Assembly (NCBI GenBank): GCA_051439605.1
Contig: JBFRWN010000128.1
Coordinates: forward strand, 1-49,941
Length of the DNA stretch: 49,941 nucleotides
From: Synechococcus sp.
GTDB lineage: Bacteria; Cyanobacteriota; Cyanobacteriia; Thermostichales; PCC-7336
Direction: 5' to 3'
How positions within the stretch are numbered: position 1 is the stretch's first letter; each line of letters begins with the position of its first letter. The notes beneath the pieces are model-generated. The model was not told where the DNA came from, ran no database searches, and saw only the letters and a list, made by a program, of their open reading frames with translations. The translations under genes and the position numbers were made by a program. Of this stretch, positions 1 to 10,171 are shown piece after piece.

Positions 1-1
1 C

Positions 2-2299
2 TTAGGCTTTCAGATTTTTCAGATCGAGCCGAACTAGTTTTCCAGTTAACTCATTTCGAGCTTTGTCGACGATCCAAAAAACAGGAGAGAAGAATATCTT
101 AATCAACAACAACAGCGATCGTTGCTCGGTTGGAACTAAGATATCCTTCCACTGCCCTGGCTGACAGAACAAGAATTCTACCAACGATCTAAATTCGGTA
201 GGGTTGAGGCGATGGAACCTCAACCTCACAATTGCAGAGCTCCCTTGCCATTGAACGGAAATAACTTCACTGGTCAACCAGACAGAAGTATTTGGGATGC
301 GAAATTCAGCAGTGGTATTGTCTTCAATCCAATCTTGTAGGTGTAATTCTGCTCCCGCTTCAGATACTTTGCAGGATGTGGACTCAAACATGCGATTCTG
401 CGTCCGAATCTGAATGGGAATATCCTTTTCAAACCACTCGTTCAGTGTTGGTTTCGGAACATCCCTCATTAGATAGAGCGCGATGGTCAGTACAAATACG
501 TTGTAAGCACACCACACCCAAACACCTTTCATTCCTTCAATAAAGTTAGAATCGGCTTGCATATTACTGAGGAAGTAAGTTCCTCCATAAGCCACGCTCA
601 AGCTGACAATCAACGCCGCTGCAGACATCAACCACAGCACCACAAGGGGCCAGGCTATCTCCCAATTGTAAATATGGCGATCGCGGGAAATCCCTTTGGG
701 GGTGACTCTAAACTTGGCCGAAAAGGGTTTGAAAAGGGTTTGCAATAACAGTGCGGATACAGGGATGCACTGGACAATTTCGTAAATGTCCGAGAGCAAT
801 GCCGAGCGACTGCGTTCGTTTAACCAAGAGAAGGCAAACAGATTAAGCAAGTAAAACGGTAGAAAGAAGTAGAGTCCATCTTGCACAGTGCTTCGCATTG
901 GAACGATGCCAAATGCAACGTAGAGCAATGGGAGCAGCAAAAAGAAAATTCGACAGGGAGTAAAGAACCACTGACTAATTCCTTCTAGGTGGGCCAACCG
1001 CTGAAATAGGTTGAAGCCCGGCAAAGTAAGGGGATTGTAACGAATGAAAAAGGCCTGGATCGTTCCCCGAGCCCATCGTTGCCGCTGGAGAATATGCCCT
1101 GTCATATTTTCAGCACAAAGCCCTGCACTCAAGACTTCATCAAGAAAGATGGTTTGATGGCCTTTCGCAAACAAATGAATGCCCGTGAAATAGTCTTCAC
1201 TGAGCGACTCAGTCACGAATCCATCGGTGTCTTCCAGAGCAGTCCGGCGTACTACAAAAGAGGTGCCGTAGCAGATAGCCGTTCCGTTGGTATCCCGTAG
1301 CCGTTGGTAATAGCGGGAAAAGATTTCAATTTCGGGAGGGAGTACCCTAGCCAAACCTAAGTTTCGGGCGACAGGATCGGGATTGTAGAAACTTTGCTGG
1401 GTCTGCACCAGACCGGTAGTAGGCTCTTGGAAAAATCCTACGGTTCGGGTCAGGAAGTTCGTTGTAGGGACAAAATCGGCATCGAACACCGCAATCAACT
1501 CGCCGTTGGTTTGCCCCAATGCATAGTTGATGTTCCCGGCTTTAGCGTGGATGTTACTGGGTCGGGCAATGTAGTTACAACCCAATTGTTGCGCTAACTG
1601 GCGAATTTCGGGCCGTTTACCATCATCTAACAGATATATCTGTTTGCGGGGATAATCCAAAGCTTGGCAACCAATCACCGTCCGGCGCAGAATCGCTGCT
1701 GGTTCGTTGTAGCTGGGAATCAAGATGTCAACGGTGGGCATATACCTTCCAGACAGTACGTCCTCAGACATCCGATCTGCTTCGGACTTTCTGGATTTGA
1801 CTCGGAACAATAGAACCAGCCGTATCAAAGCGCTAAAGGCTAGTGCCATCTCTACGGCGTACATCAGCAAACAAAAGGTGCCATCAATTGGGTTGGAAAA
1901 ATTGAGGCTGGAGAGCGAGCGCCACAATACATAGCGCAAAACTGCTACCACCAGGAGTCCGGCAATCAGATTACGCGACCATCGCTGGGGGCGAGGGGAT
2001 ACGAGCATAACCAGCTGAGCGGTTCCCACAAATAAAATCAGCGGCAACCAGCTTGCTAGGCCGTATTGCTGAGGGGAGCGAATCCAGAGAGGAGGATTTA
2101 ACTGAAGGGCATCCAGACTGGCAAAGAACTGCGTGACCGTTGGTTCCCCTAGCAACCAGGAGATGGCGATAGTCGCCCCTAGAAGAACGGCACCGCAGAC
2201 AACCGCAGTCGCCCGGTGCAATCGAATCGAAGGCAGTTGCGACCATCGTAAACGTATGGATGCGGAGTATTGCCGTTTGTCAGGTGTATATCTCTGCAT
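2..2299 (-). CDS. bcsA: Cellulose synthase catalytic subunit (GT2, BcsA/XcsA-like) with degenerate C-terminal PilZ domain
   Basis: DDG, HAKAGN, FDADFVP, QTQQSFYNPD, SED, QRQRW (QxxRW) and FRVTPK motifs; multiple TM helices. ORF is open to 2434 (TTG); ATG at 2299 with upstream AGGAG is preferred. Confidence 0.9.
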   Translation of the reverse strand: MQRYTPDKRQYSASIRLRWSQLPSIRLHRATAVVCGAVLLGATIAISWLLGEPTVTQFFASLDALQLNPPLWIRSPQQYGLASWLPLILFVGTAQLVMLVSPRPQRWSRNLIAGLLVVAVLRYVLWRSLSSLNFSNPIDGTFCLLMYAVEMALAFSALIRLVLLFRVKSRKSEADRMSEDVLSGRYMPTVDILIPSYNEPAAILRRTVIGCQALDYPRKQIYLLDDGKRPEIRQLAQQLGCNYIARPSNIHAKAGNINYALGQTNGELIAVFDADFVPTTNFLTRTVGFFQEPTTGLVQTQQSFYNPDPVARNLGLARVLPPEIEIFSRYYQRLRDTNGTAICYGTSFVVRRTALEDTDGFVTESLSEDYFTGIHLFAKGHQTIFLDEVLSAGLCAENMTGHILQRQRWARGTIQAFFIRYNPLTLPGFNLFQRLAHLEGISQWFFTPCRIFFLLLPLLYVAFGIVPMRSTVQDGLYFFLPFYLLNLFAFSWLNERSRSALLSDIYEIVQCIPVSALLLQTLFKPFSAKFRVTPKGISRDRHIYNWEIAWPLVVLWLMSAAALIVSLSVAYGGTYFLSNMQADSNFIEGMKGVWVWCAYNVFVLTIALYLMRDVPKPTLNEWFEKDIPIQIRTQNRMFESTSCKVSEAGAELHLQDWIEDNTTAEFRIPNTSVWLTSEVISVQWQGSSAIVRLRFHRLNPTEFRSLVEFLFCQPGQWKDILVPTEQRSLLLLIKIFFSPVFWIVDKARNELTGKLVRLDLKNLKA
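677..684. repeat. HIP1 octamer GCGATCGC (one example of many across the window)
   Basis: Further copies at 5014, 14319 and many other positions; hallmark of many cyanobacteria. Confidence 0.9.
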
Positions 2300-3438
2300 G
2301 GATGGGGAGAAACTCCTGTGAATGGGAGCAAGACAGAAAGCAAATCCTGCTTGCGAATCGTTACGACCAATGAACCCGAGTTGCTGGTTTACAAAACCAA
2401 TGACTGGACTACCTATGCCTGAAAAGTAGTGCAATGCCCTTGAGTGCTTAGCGAAAATGGAACGACTATCTCGCTCAACCGAGCTGGCTCAACAGCAGTT
2501 GCTCAAAAGCGAACAAAAAATGAACTCCCTGGAACGCGGGCTGTTCAACCCAAAGATCGTAAGAACATGTTTCTAAACGTTAATGACTCTAGTTTTTTTG
2601 AAAAGTTCCGTAAAGTGACACGCAATTTAATCCGCCAAGAATGTATGGGAATTTGCTTTCTCAAAGTCCGAAGTTTTTTTTGAGCGAGACTCTTCAATTA
2701 AGTAGATATACTGGGATCAAGCGTTAACAAAGGGAGGCTAAAAATGCAATATCCTGCCAACTCAATGTAGTCACTGTTACTTCAGATCTTTGAGCAGCAG
2801 AATTAAGTGCTAAATTTTACGAGATCCAGCCCAAAGAGCTCTATATTTGCCACAATCCTGTACAGTTTTACTCTAAGAATAACCGAGCCTATCCTAGTAA
2901 CAATTTCAAGACCCTGGATGCTGGCGGACAAGCCAATTTGTCTGTACCAGCCATTAGGTTTTCTGCTAGCCCCGAATATGTAAACAACCTCGCAGAGATA
3001 AGACCCAATCCTATCTGGCCTAATATGCATACCGTTGCTTGCCGTCAGCCTTTCCCTCCATCCACGTGGCAAATTCCGCTGGGAATCAAGCTGTGTCAGT
3101 TCTGAAGATGCGGTTGACCTTCCTGAAGGAAAACTGCACAATCCAACAGTTGCCTGACAAGCGAATCCCCTCTGCATGAGATTGGAGCATTCAATAGAGA
3201 TGGCTTAAAAGGTATCAGTGAACGTTTTCCAGCAATTATGGCAACAGTAACTCTAACTCCCATTACTGATGCATAAATGCTTGCGCATGAATGTTGGTGA
3301 GCTTTCGGCTGACTACAGTGGACAGGGAATACAAGTTCTCAAGACACTGATATTCTTGCTTATCCCAATCCCACACTTGACTGATGCACGACCTCTAAGA
3401 CAATCAGGTTAGTCGACGCGCATCCAGAGGCCACAGTC

Positions 3439-4467
3439 CTAATTCACAAGATAGCTATCAAGAGTGCAGCGACTATTTTTCATCGATCGAAGTTTGCGCA
3501 GCGCTTCTTTTTCAATTTGGCGAATGCGCTCACGGGTTAGGTCAAAATATTCACCCACCTCCCGCAGTGTCTTCCCCTTACTTCCATCAAAGCCGTAGCG
3601 CAAGTGCAATACATCCCGCTCCATTGGTTTCAGAATATCCATGGCATTTTGAACGTCCGTCTGCATGGAGTTAGCTACAATTTCCTGGAAAGGGCGATCT
3701 GAGTTGGTGTCCTCTAAGAGATCCCCCAGACGGGTTTCCCCTTCCGGACCCACCATCACATCGAGAGAAATGGGCAGGGCGGCAGATTCTTGAATTGTGC
3801 GCAGCTTCTTTAACTTTACACCCATCACTTCCGCCAATTCTTCATCGCTGGGGCGGCGTCCCTTTTCCTTGGTTAGGTCACGAATGGTGCGCTTGAGGTG
3901 ACGAACTTTATCCACCATATGGACTGGTAAACGAATGGTACGTGCCTGGTTCGCAATACAGCGGGTGACTCCCTGGCGAATCCACCAGTGGGCGTAAGTA
4001 CTAAAGCGATAACCCCGTTCAGCGTCAAATCTTTCGGTGGCTCGAATCAAGCCAATGTTCCCCTCTTGAATCAAATCAAGGAAGGGGACTCCTCGATTGA
4101 CGTATTTTTTGGCTACGCTGACTACCAAACGCAAATTGGAGTTGATCAACTTTTGCTGGGCGCGCTTACCGCAACGTTCTAGCGATCGCAACTCTAATTC
4201 GCCGATCCCCATACGTTCAGCCACTTCAATATCTGTAGGGGTAGAATTTCGATCTTCAGCCATGGCCTCACGCATCTCTCTGACCTCGACTAATTTGCGC
4301 ACGGCGCGAGAAAGGTGGATTTCGTCAGAATGGTCGATTCGATCCACACGACCAATTTCGTTCAGATATAAATCTACGGCATCATCCACGCTGCCAAAAC
4401 TTTTAGGGGATGGAGCTAATGAGCTTGCCTGTTGGTCGCCAGCCATAGGTGATGTTATTACAGACAT
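3439..4467 (-). CDS. Group-2 sigma-70 RNA polymerase sigma factor (SigC/SigE-like)
   Basis: Region 1.2 [51 protein letters not shown], region 4 TRERIRQIE; no region 1.1. Confidence 0.92.
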   Translation of the reverse strand: MSVITSPMAGDQQASSLAPSPKSFGSVDDAVDLYLNEIGRVDRIDHSDEIHLSRAVRKLVEVREMREAMAEDRNSTPTDIEVAERMGIGELELRSLERCGKRAQQKLINSNLRLVVSVAKKYVNRGVPFLDLIQEGNIGLIRATERFDAERGYRFSTYAHWWIRQGVTRCIANQARTIRLPVHMVDKVRHLKRTIRDLTKEKGRRPSDEELAEVMGVKLKKLRTIQESAALPISLDVMVGPEGETRLGDLLEDTNSDRPFQEIVANSMQTDVQNAMDILKPMERDVLHLRYGFDGSKGKTLREVGEYFDLTRERIRQIEKEALRKLRSMKNSRCTLDSYLVN

Positions 4468-4737
4468 ACATAAAATTTTTATCTCACGCCCCCAGTTTAG
4501 TTAGCGGGCACTGGAGGTAGTAATCGATAATCGATCCTCGAACATTGGGAACCTCTATGGTTTGGGTAGATAGATGCCAAGGATCGACAGAGGAGCATGC
4601 ATTTCTTGAACCGCTGAATCGTTTTTTAACAGCAGCTGTAGGCATACAAAAAGAGGTGAAAGCCTAGATGGGCTGTTTTGGGTAAAACAGAGCAACGGTT
4701 CGAGATAGTATTTGTATAGGCAACGTCGAACGCCCCA

Positions 4738-5079
4738 TTGGACAGGATCGAAAATCGTAAATCCTTCTATGGTGTAGGACCTTCGAGAGTGGCTCCTTTG
4801 AATCAACCAAAGTATCCTGAATGGGTCTATCGAGACGGTAAGACCCGCCCCGCCAACATTATTGGATCCAGAATGCGCTGGATGAGGGAAAAACTTAAGT
4901 TAACCCAGGACGAGCTTGCGGGAAGACTCGCTCGATACGGCGTGAGTTTGGACTATGTCAAAGTTGGGCAAATTGAAAACGGCAAACGTCGCGTAATCGA
5001 TTGGGAACTCGTGGCGATCGCTAAAGCATTGGGGGTTTCGATTACCTGGCTGATTAGCGGTGATGAGGAGGCTTGGTAG
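4738..5079 (+). CDS. XRE-family HTH transcriptional regulator
   Basis: IGSRMRWMREKLKLTQDELA...IENGKRR...IAKALGVS HTH_3 pattern; start codon uncertain. Confidence 0.85.
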   Translation: MDRIENRKSFYGVGPSRVAPLNQPKYPEWVYRDGKTRPANIIGSRMRWMREKLKLTQDELAGRLARYGVSLDYVKVGQIENGKRRVIDWELVAIAKALGVSITWLISGDEEAW

Positions 5080-5117
5080 GGAAGCAATTCCACAACAAAC
5101 CAATCCCAACAGCCTGC

Positions 5118-5591
5118 CTAGTTCAGGCCACCCATTCCCACCATCGACATCCTGCGCAATACCTTTAGATCCTCACTATCCAGTTCCACCGGTTCACCAC
5201 TGCGAATCAGTTCTGCAAAATCTTCATTCGGCACCATCATGCAAATGGCGTACAGTCGTTCAGAGGTCACATTTTCCAAGATGTGTTCCCCTGTTGCAGG
5301 CACTAGCAGCGTATCGCCTGCATGCAAATCGACTACCTTACCATCACAATAAGCTCGCCCCTGCCCCTGCAAAATGAAAAACATTTCCACTGCGTACTGA
5401 TGGCGATTGGCAGGAGTTCGCCCATAGGGATCGTAGATTTCAAGACAGCAGGTAAACGAAACACCATCGCGGATCGGGTCGAAAATAATCGCCAATCGGT
5501 TAGTGTCGTCAGGGCTGATGCGATAGACCTGATAGTCTTGAGGCTGTTTCAGGCTAGGAATCGAACAGGAATGGGGTAACACAACAAACAA
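5118..5591 (-). CDS. Cupin domain protein
   Basis: TPANRHQYAVEMFFILQGQG ... GDTLLVPATGEH cupin motifs; starts 2 nt after the upstream hydrolase stop. Confidence 0.85.
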   Translation of the reverse strand: MFVVLPHSCSIPSLKQPQDYQVYRISPDDTNRLAIIFDPIRDGVSFTCCLEIYDPYGRTPANRHQYAVEMFFILQGQGRAYCDGKVVDLHAGDTLLVPATGEHILENVTSERLYAICMMVPNEDFAELIRSGEPVELDSEDLKVLRRMSMVGMGGLN

Positions 5592-5593
5592 CC

Positions 5594-6400
5594 TCAGGAT
5601 GACGAGCGTTCGGGAGGGCGGGACAATAGGGCGTCAAGTAGCTGGGATGAAGTGCTTAAAAATCCAAAACATTGATTGACATTATAGAAAGTCGCCTCTA
5701 AGCAATAGGTGGGGGAAGTGGTGGCCGTGCAGTCTTTGAGGAGTAAGCAGTCGTACCCCAAAAAATTGGCATCCTGCAGAGACACCATCACGCATTGATC
5801 GGCATTGACCCCCGCAAAAAACAGGGTGGAACGCCCAAGATTTCGCAAAATACTATCTAAAGGCGTATCCCAAAATCCACTCATGCGGTACTTATCAACG
5901 TGAATATCGGATGGGTCAAATGGCTGCAGTTCATCCACAACAGCAGCAGCCCAACTGTTGGCTTCTAACACTGGGGCACCATTTGTGGGTAAAGGATCCC
6001 CCAACCCAACTCCGTTGCCAGTGGGGTTATAAACATGTTGAGTGGCGGCACTAATATTCAGGAGGTCTGGACGATTGCCCCAATTGAGCCAAACAACGGG
6101 CACCCCTATTTGTCGCAGGTGAGGTAGCAAGGTTTGCAGCGGCGCGATCGGCGCGCGTGCTGGCATGACATCAACGCCGATGTGGGCGAGCCAACCATCC
6201 GGGTGGCAAAAGTCATTTTGCATATCCACAACAATCAGGGCGGATTTCGCCAAGTCTAAACGAATCTGCTTGCTGTCGGTTGTTAGGGTGATGGGTTGGC
6301 TAGGTAAGGGAGGACGAGTGATATCTGCGCTATCTCCATCCACCGACCAGGCATTGGGAGGGCAACCCAAAGAATGCTTTTGAGTTGGAGGTTGCATCAC
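5594..6400 (-). CDS. Cysteine hydrolase (isochorismatase/RutB-like amidase family)
   Basis: VVDMQNDF, KYRMSGFW, GVNADQCV give the Asp-Lys-Cys triad. Confidence 0.88.
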   Translation of the reverse strand: MMQPPTQKHSLGCPPNAWSVDGDSADITRPPLPSQPITLTTDSKQIRLDLAKSALIVVDMQNDFCHPDGWLAHIGVDVMPARAPIAPLQTLLPHLRQIGVPVVWLNWGNRPDLLNISAATQHVYNPTGNGVGLGDPLPTNGAPVLEANSWAAAVVDELQPFDPSDIHVDKYRMSGFWDTPLDSILRNLGRSTLFFAGVNADQCVMVSLQDANFLGYDCLLLKDCTATTSPTYCLEATFYNVNQCFGFLSTSSQLLDALLSRPPERSSS

Positions 6401-6704
6401 TCTTTCTCAAGTAACAAGTGCGGCACAGCGAAAGCGGACTCCCCGATCGCAATCTCTTGCGCATCAGAAATTATCGGCAATCAGTTTATCTAGGCTGCAG
6501 TGATATTCTGACTCCTTCTCGCTTAATGGGGACAAATTATTACTGCCTTTTAAGATTGCCACCAGCGGGTTGGTATAGCTGGGATTTATTGCTACAGGTG
6601 GTTGCCATAATTAGTTTCTGGTACTGGGATGCCATACCCTATTTTGCAAGCATCGCCTTGCTGCGCGATCGCAACTTTAGTTTTGTCTAGTTAGTCAGAA
6701 AACA

Positions 6705-6734
6705 GAAAAAACCTGAAGAGAGAGTGTCTTCAGG
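6705..6734 (-). terminator. Rho-independent terminator after operon copy 1
   Basis: Minus strand CCTGAAGA-cactctc-TCTTCAGG followed by TTTTTTCTGTTTT, about 80 nt after the TPR stop. Confidence 0.75.
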
Positions 6735-6814
6735 CCACATTCTGATAAACTGCACCTAACAATCTAAAGTGAGCAATCACTGCCATTATTAGATATTTGA
6801 AGGCACCTATAAGG

Positions 6815-7612
6815 CTACGAGAAGAGTCCTTCCATCACTGCTACTCTTTCAGGCTCACTCTTTTCTCCAAAATTCTCGGGTCTCTGTTCTTCTCCCATAT
6901 CATGCATATTTTGAGAAAGTTCTTTTGCTTTAGTGTAATACTCAATATTTCCACGTTCAAAGAATACTTTAGCAGCATCGCGCAGGTCGTCTACGGCAGC
7001 TTGTTTGTCACCCAAATCTAGATTTGCAATGCCGCGATTATAGTAGGCTTGAGCATTTCGGGGATCTTGAGTAACGGCTTCGCTATAATCCTGAACCGCT
7101 TCTCGCAAATCTCCTAGATGATGATGGCCAACTCCCCGAGTATAATAAGCATTTGTCAAAGAGGATCCGTTCAAAATTTGCTGGGTACAATTTTGCACGG
7201 TCCGCAAATACTTCGTGCTCGATCGTAAGTCGTCAATTTGACTGTCGTATTGTTCTAGTTCAAGGGCAACTCGCTTCGCTTCTGCATCCTGCTTGTGCAG
7301 TACGTTAGAGATTGCTTGACTTTGATTCTGTATCAGCTCCTCTTTTTGCGATGCGATTGTTGACTTGATGTTATCCACTTCGCAGGAAATCTGCTGCGAA
7401 ATTTGTCGACGATGACATACGCTTAACAGGGCAGTTGCAGAGAGGGGAATAGTCGCCAGCGCCACCTGCTGGAATACAATCGTAGCTAGCGACCCCCCAA
7501 AAGAAAGGACGACCGCACCATATTCCGCCGCACGAACCCAATTCTCTTGAAACCTGAATGGAGAATCAGTTTTTGGACTCTTTATGCGGGGCTTGATTTC
7601 TGGTTGAGACAT
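6815..7612 (-). CDS. Membrane-anchored TPR protein (Slr0151-like), copy 1
   Basis: N-terminal hydrophobic hairpin, Q/E-rich coiled coil, TPRs (AYYTRG..., AYYNRG...); paralogue of 12377..13192. Confidence 0.85.
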   Translation of the reverse strand: MSQPEIKPRIKSPKTDSPFRFQENWVRAAEYGAVVLSFGGSLATIVFQQVALATIPLSATALLSVCHRRQISQQISCEVDNIKSTIASQKEELIQNQSQAISNVLHKQDAEAKRVALELEQYDSQIDDLRSSTKYLRTVQNCTQQILNGSSLTNAYYTRGVGHHHLGDLREAVQDYSEAVTQDPRNAQAYYNRGIANLDLGDKQAAVDDLRDAAKVFFERGNIEYYTKAKELSQNMHDMGEEQRPENFGEKSEPERVAVMEGLFS

Positions 7613-7738
7613 GATAGGAAAACTCCAACTAATCGAAACAAATAACTAAAAAAAGAAAAACGTCGAGGAATACAACCACTAGCAAGACTTTATGAAATCG
7701 TTAGCCTTACTCTCTAGATCTCGTTCCTCTGACACGAA

Positions 7739-8218
7739 TCAAGAGCCTAAGATGGATTGATTTAGAGCAAGGATGGGCCGAACGTGAGGATGCTCTTCAG
7801 GATCTAGCTTCTCAAGAATTACATCAGTCTTAATCTGATGACTCACTCCAGTTAATTGTTTGCATTTTTGGGGCTTAGAGGACTGAATAATCGTGCGAGT
7901 CCACAGTAGTATCGACTGCTTTAAACGCTCTAGGTCGCCAGACAAAACAGTTGCAGCCGTATACCTTAAACTAATGTCTTGGTCTCGGCTAAACTTATCT
8001 TTGAAATTTTGGCCATTTTCAACAAAGTACTCTCTGTCGATATTCAAAATCTGCTGCTCGGTCTCTAGAGCGATAACTCCGCGTTGGTCGCGAAGCTTTC
8101 TATAAGCACTGACGCGCGTTTCGGATGAAGCAATATAGTCTCGGATAAAGCTGAGCTCTTCCTGATTGGCAAATCGTCCATCAGCCTGAAGTGTCAGCTG
8201 AGAAAGCTGATTGAGCAT
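7739..8218 (-). CDS. Allophycocyanin/phycobiliprotein-like globin-fold protein (Slr0149-like), copy 1
   Basis: ADGRFANQEEL N-terminus and RD...LRY...LSGD pattern; ATG at 8218 aligns with the paralogue start MLNQLSQL. Confidence 0.8.
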   Translation of the reverse strand: MLNQLSQLTLQADGRFANQEELSFIRDYIASSETRVSAYRKLRDQRGVIALETEQQILNIDREYFVENGQNFKDKFSRDQDISLRYTAATVLSGDLERLKQSILLWTRTIIQSSKPQKCKQLTGVSHQIKTDVILEKLDPEEHPHVRPILALNQSILGS

Positions 8219-8307
8219 TGGTTTTCTCCAAATCCATCTTGATTTTGAACGTTCAGCATAGTCAGGGAACGTTCTCGCTCCCTCCACTAAAGGCAGTAGC
8301 GTAAGGG

Positions 8308-8841
8308 CTACTCGACCCTGTCTGTATTGGCCAGTAATCGACCAATTTCTAACTGGGCAGTCTGCAATTCTTTGGCGACAGTGCGGGTGATCAGCTTGTA
8401 CTCTTCCACCATTACCTTTCCGGATAGAGGATGGAGAATATCTTCCTGGGCCCTTCGACCCACCAACTGCTCCACGTCGTCACTCTGGCTGAGATACATC
8501 CCCTCGGGAACTTCCACCTCAACCTCATTTCCAAGCACCCTTGCTTGACAAGATAGGCGAGAATTTTCGCCACACTGGGGCAACATCGACAGGGTACGCC
8601 TTTCGCGCCCCTGCACCGGACTCAAATTTTCGCCCCCTGCATTGACGTGAACGTGACAAGTAGCGCACATGCCGCGACCACCACATTCCTGCAGAATATT
8701 GAGCTTTTGAGCCAGTAATGCGGACAGCAGAGTTTCGTTGACAGGAATGGAAACCTGGGCGTTAACGGGTTCTATAAAGATGTTCGCCAAGGTAGCCTGA
8801 ACGGAGTTCTCTTGAAGAGGTTGTTGCAAGTCAACAGCCAT
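8308..8841 (-). CDS. 2Fe-2S ferredoxin with C-terminal extension (Slr0148-like), copy 1
   Basis: CGGRGMCATCH...RLSCQ adrenodoxin-type cysteine motif. Confidence 0.9.
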   Translation of the reverse strand: MAVDLQQPLQENSVQATLANIFIEPVNAQVSIPVNETLLSALLAQKLNILQECGGRGMCATCHVHVNAGGENLSPVQGRERRTLSMLPQCGENSRLSCQARVLGNEVEVEVPEGMYLSQSDDVEQLVGRRAQEDILHPLSGKVMVEEYKLITRTVAKELQTAQLEIGRLLANTDRVE

Positions 8842-8844
8842 GGG

Positions 8845-9522
8845 TTATTCCTCCTCGCCTGTAGTGAACAGACGACTGACGATTTCAGCGTGGGACTCTC
8901 CTGCTCTTACAGCGGCCTCCGCGACTTCGAGGCGAAGTTCGTTACCTACCAGATAGGTGTTGCAAGGACTCCCCATCGATTCGCAGGTGGTTTGCACGCA
9001 ATGGAGGGATTCGCCACTGAGTTGAGTAAAAAATGCACTAAAAAATCCCGCTTCCACTGAGCAACTAGGGCGATCGCGACGGACACTCGCTTGAGCAAAA
9101 GAGGATTGCCAAGTGCGAATCACCATCAATCCCTGCTCTCGATACTGGGAATCTAGTTCCACCTTTCCCCACCCATGGGCCTTCCAACAATGCTTCCAGG
9201 ACTGGAGAAAGTTGACCATCTCAAGTTCAGCCAAGGACTTTCCGTGGTATTCCCCCATTTCTCTGGCAAACCTGCGAAAGAAGTTCTTCCCCCACCAGCG
9301 GCCGCAGCTCCACAGCACCTGTTGAGAGGCCTCCCCCAATTCCTCTTCAATGCCATCCACAATTCCCTGCAGACACAAATCCGATAGAGCTAGCAGGCGA
9401 TCGCCCGAGCGGGTTGCGATTGTACCTGCTTCAAAATCCCCGCTGGCATAGGAATCCATCGAGTAATAGTTACTAGGAATTGCCGGTTTTTCGAGGAGAG
9501 TATTGACGTCAATAATTGCCAT
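8845..9522 (-). CDS. V4R-domain protein (Slr0147-like), copy 1
   Basis: HGWG, PSCSVEAGFFSAFF, CVQTTCESMGSPC V4R signature. Confidence 0.85.
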   Translation of the reverse strand: MAIIDVNTLLEKPAIPSNYYSMDSYASGDFEAGTIATRSGDRLLALSDLCLQGIVDGIEEELGEASQQVLWSCGRWWGKNFFRRFAREMGEYHGKSLAELEMVNFLQSWKHCWKAHGWGKVELDSQYREQGLMVIRTWQSSFAQASVRRDRPSCSVEAGFFSAFFTQLSGESLHCVQTTCESMGSPCNTYLVGNELRLEVAEAAVRAGESHAEIVSRLFTTGEEE

Positions 9523-9620
9523 TCTTTACACCTATCAAGGATTAGAACCAAATGTGTTGATAATTTTGTCAACCTGAAAGTCTCGACTAGTTACCTGAAA
9601 ATCAACGGTCTATTCATCCT

Positions 9621-10118
9621 TTAAGAGATGCTATTGACCTCTAAATGAGCAGATTCAAGTAGTAGTTGTCTAGCCTGTGCAAGATAAGGGGCCATCAACT
9701 TGATATCACTGCCTGACATATACTTCTTGAACCGGCGTCGAAGCATTTGGTCGAGACTATTTTCAATCTCTCTAAGCTCGTGAGCAGCCACTACTTCCGT
9801 CATCCACTCCAATAGGCGATAGCGCAGGAAATCAGGATCTTCAAGTAGCATGGCCATTGAGCAATAGCGCAGGACAAGAATCCAATGCTGTAAAGCTAAT
9901 TGCAGACGGCTTGGTGATTCTTTGGGATAGCGATCGTGTAACTCAATCGCCAGCCGTTGAAAAATTTTCGCTTCGTTTTCCCTCAACAGTTCGTAGAGGT
10001 CTAATCGAGACTCAAGACTCACAATAGAGCGCTCGAATTGTTCCAGATCTTCATCATTGAGATAACGATTTTCGGCTGTATAGAATAGCCTGCTGAGTGG
10101 ATCGATCATTTGGTTCAC
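9621..10118 (-). CDS. Phycobiliprotein-like globin-fold protein (Slr0146-like), copy 1
   Basis: AENRYLNDEDL N-terminus, VLRYCSMAMLLED; paralogue of 15244..15735. Confidence 0.78.
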   Translation of the reverse strand: MNQMIDPLSRLFYTAENRYLNDEDLEQFERSIVSLESRLDLYELLRENEAKIFQRLAIELHDRYPKESPSRLQLALQHWILVLRYCSMAMLLEDPDFLRYRLLEWMTEVVAAHELREIENSLDQMLRRRFKKYMSGSDIKLMAPYLAQARQLLLESAHLEVNSIS

Positions 10119-10171
10119 CTTACATTTACCGGAACAAAGTAGATATAAATATGCTGAAACTCTTTTAGGGA

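Noticed and set aside
2444..3177. ORFs 2444..2683 (+) and 2803..3177 (-) in the bcsA-sigma gap
   Set aside because: No recognisable motifs or convincing RBS; probably chance ORFs in a long regulatory region
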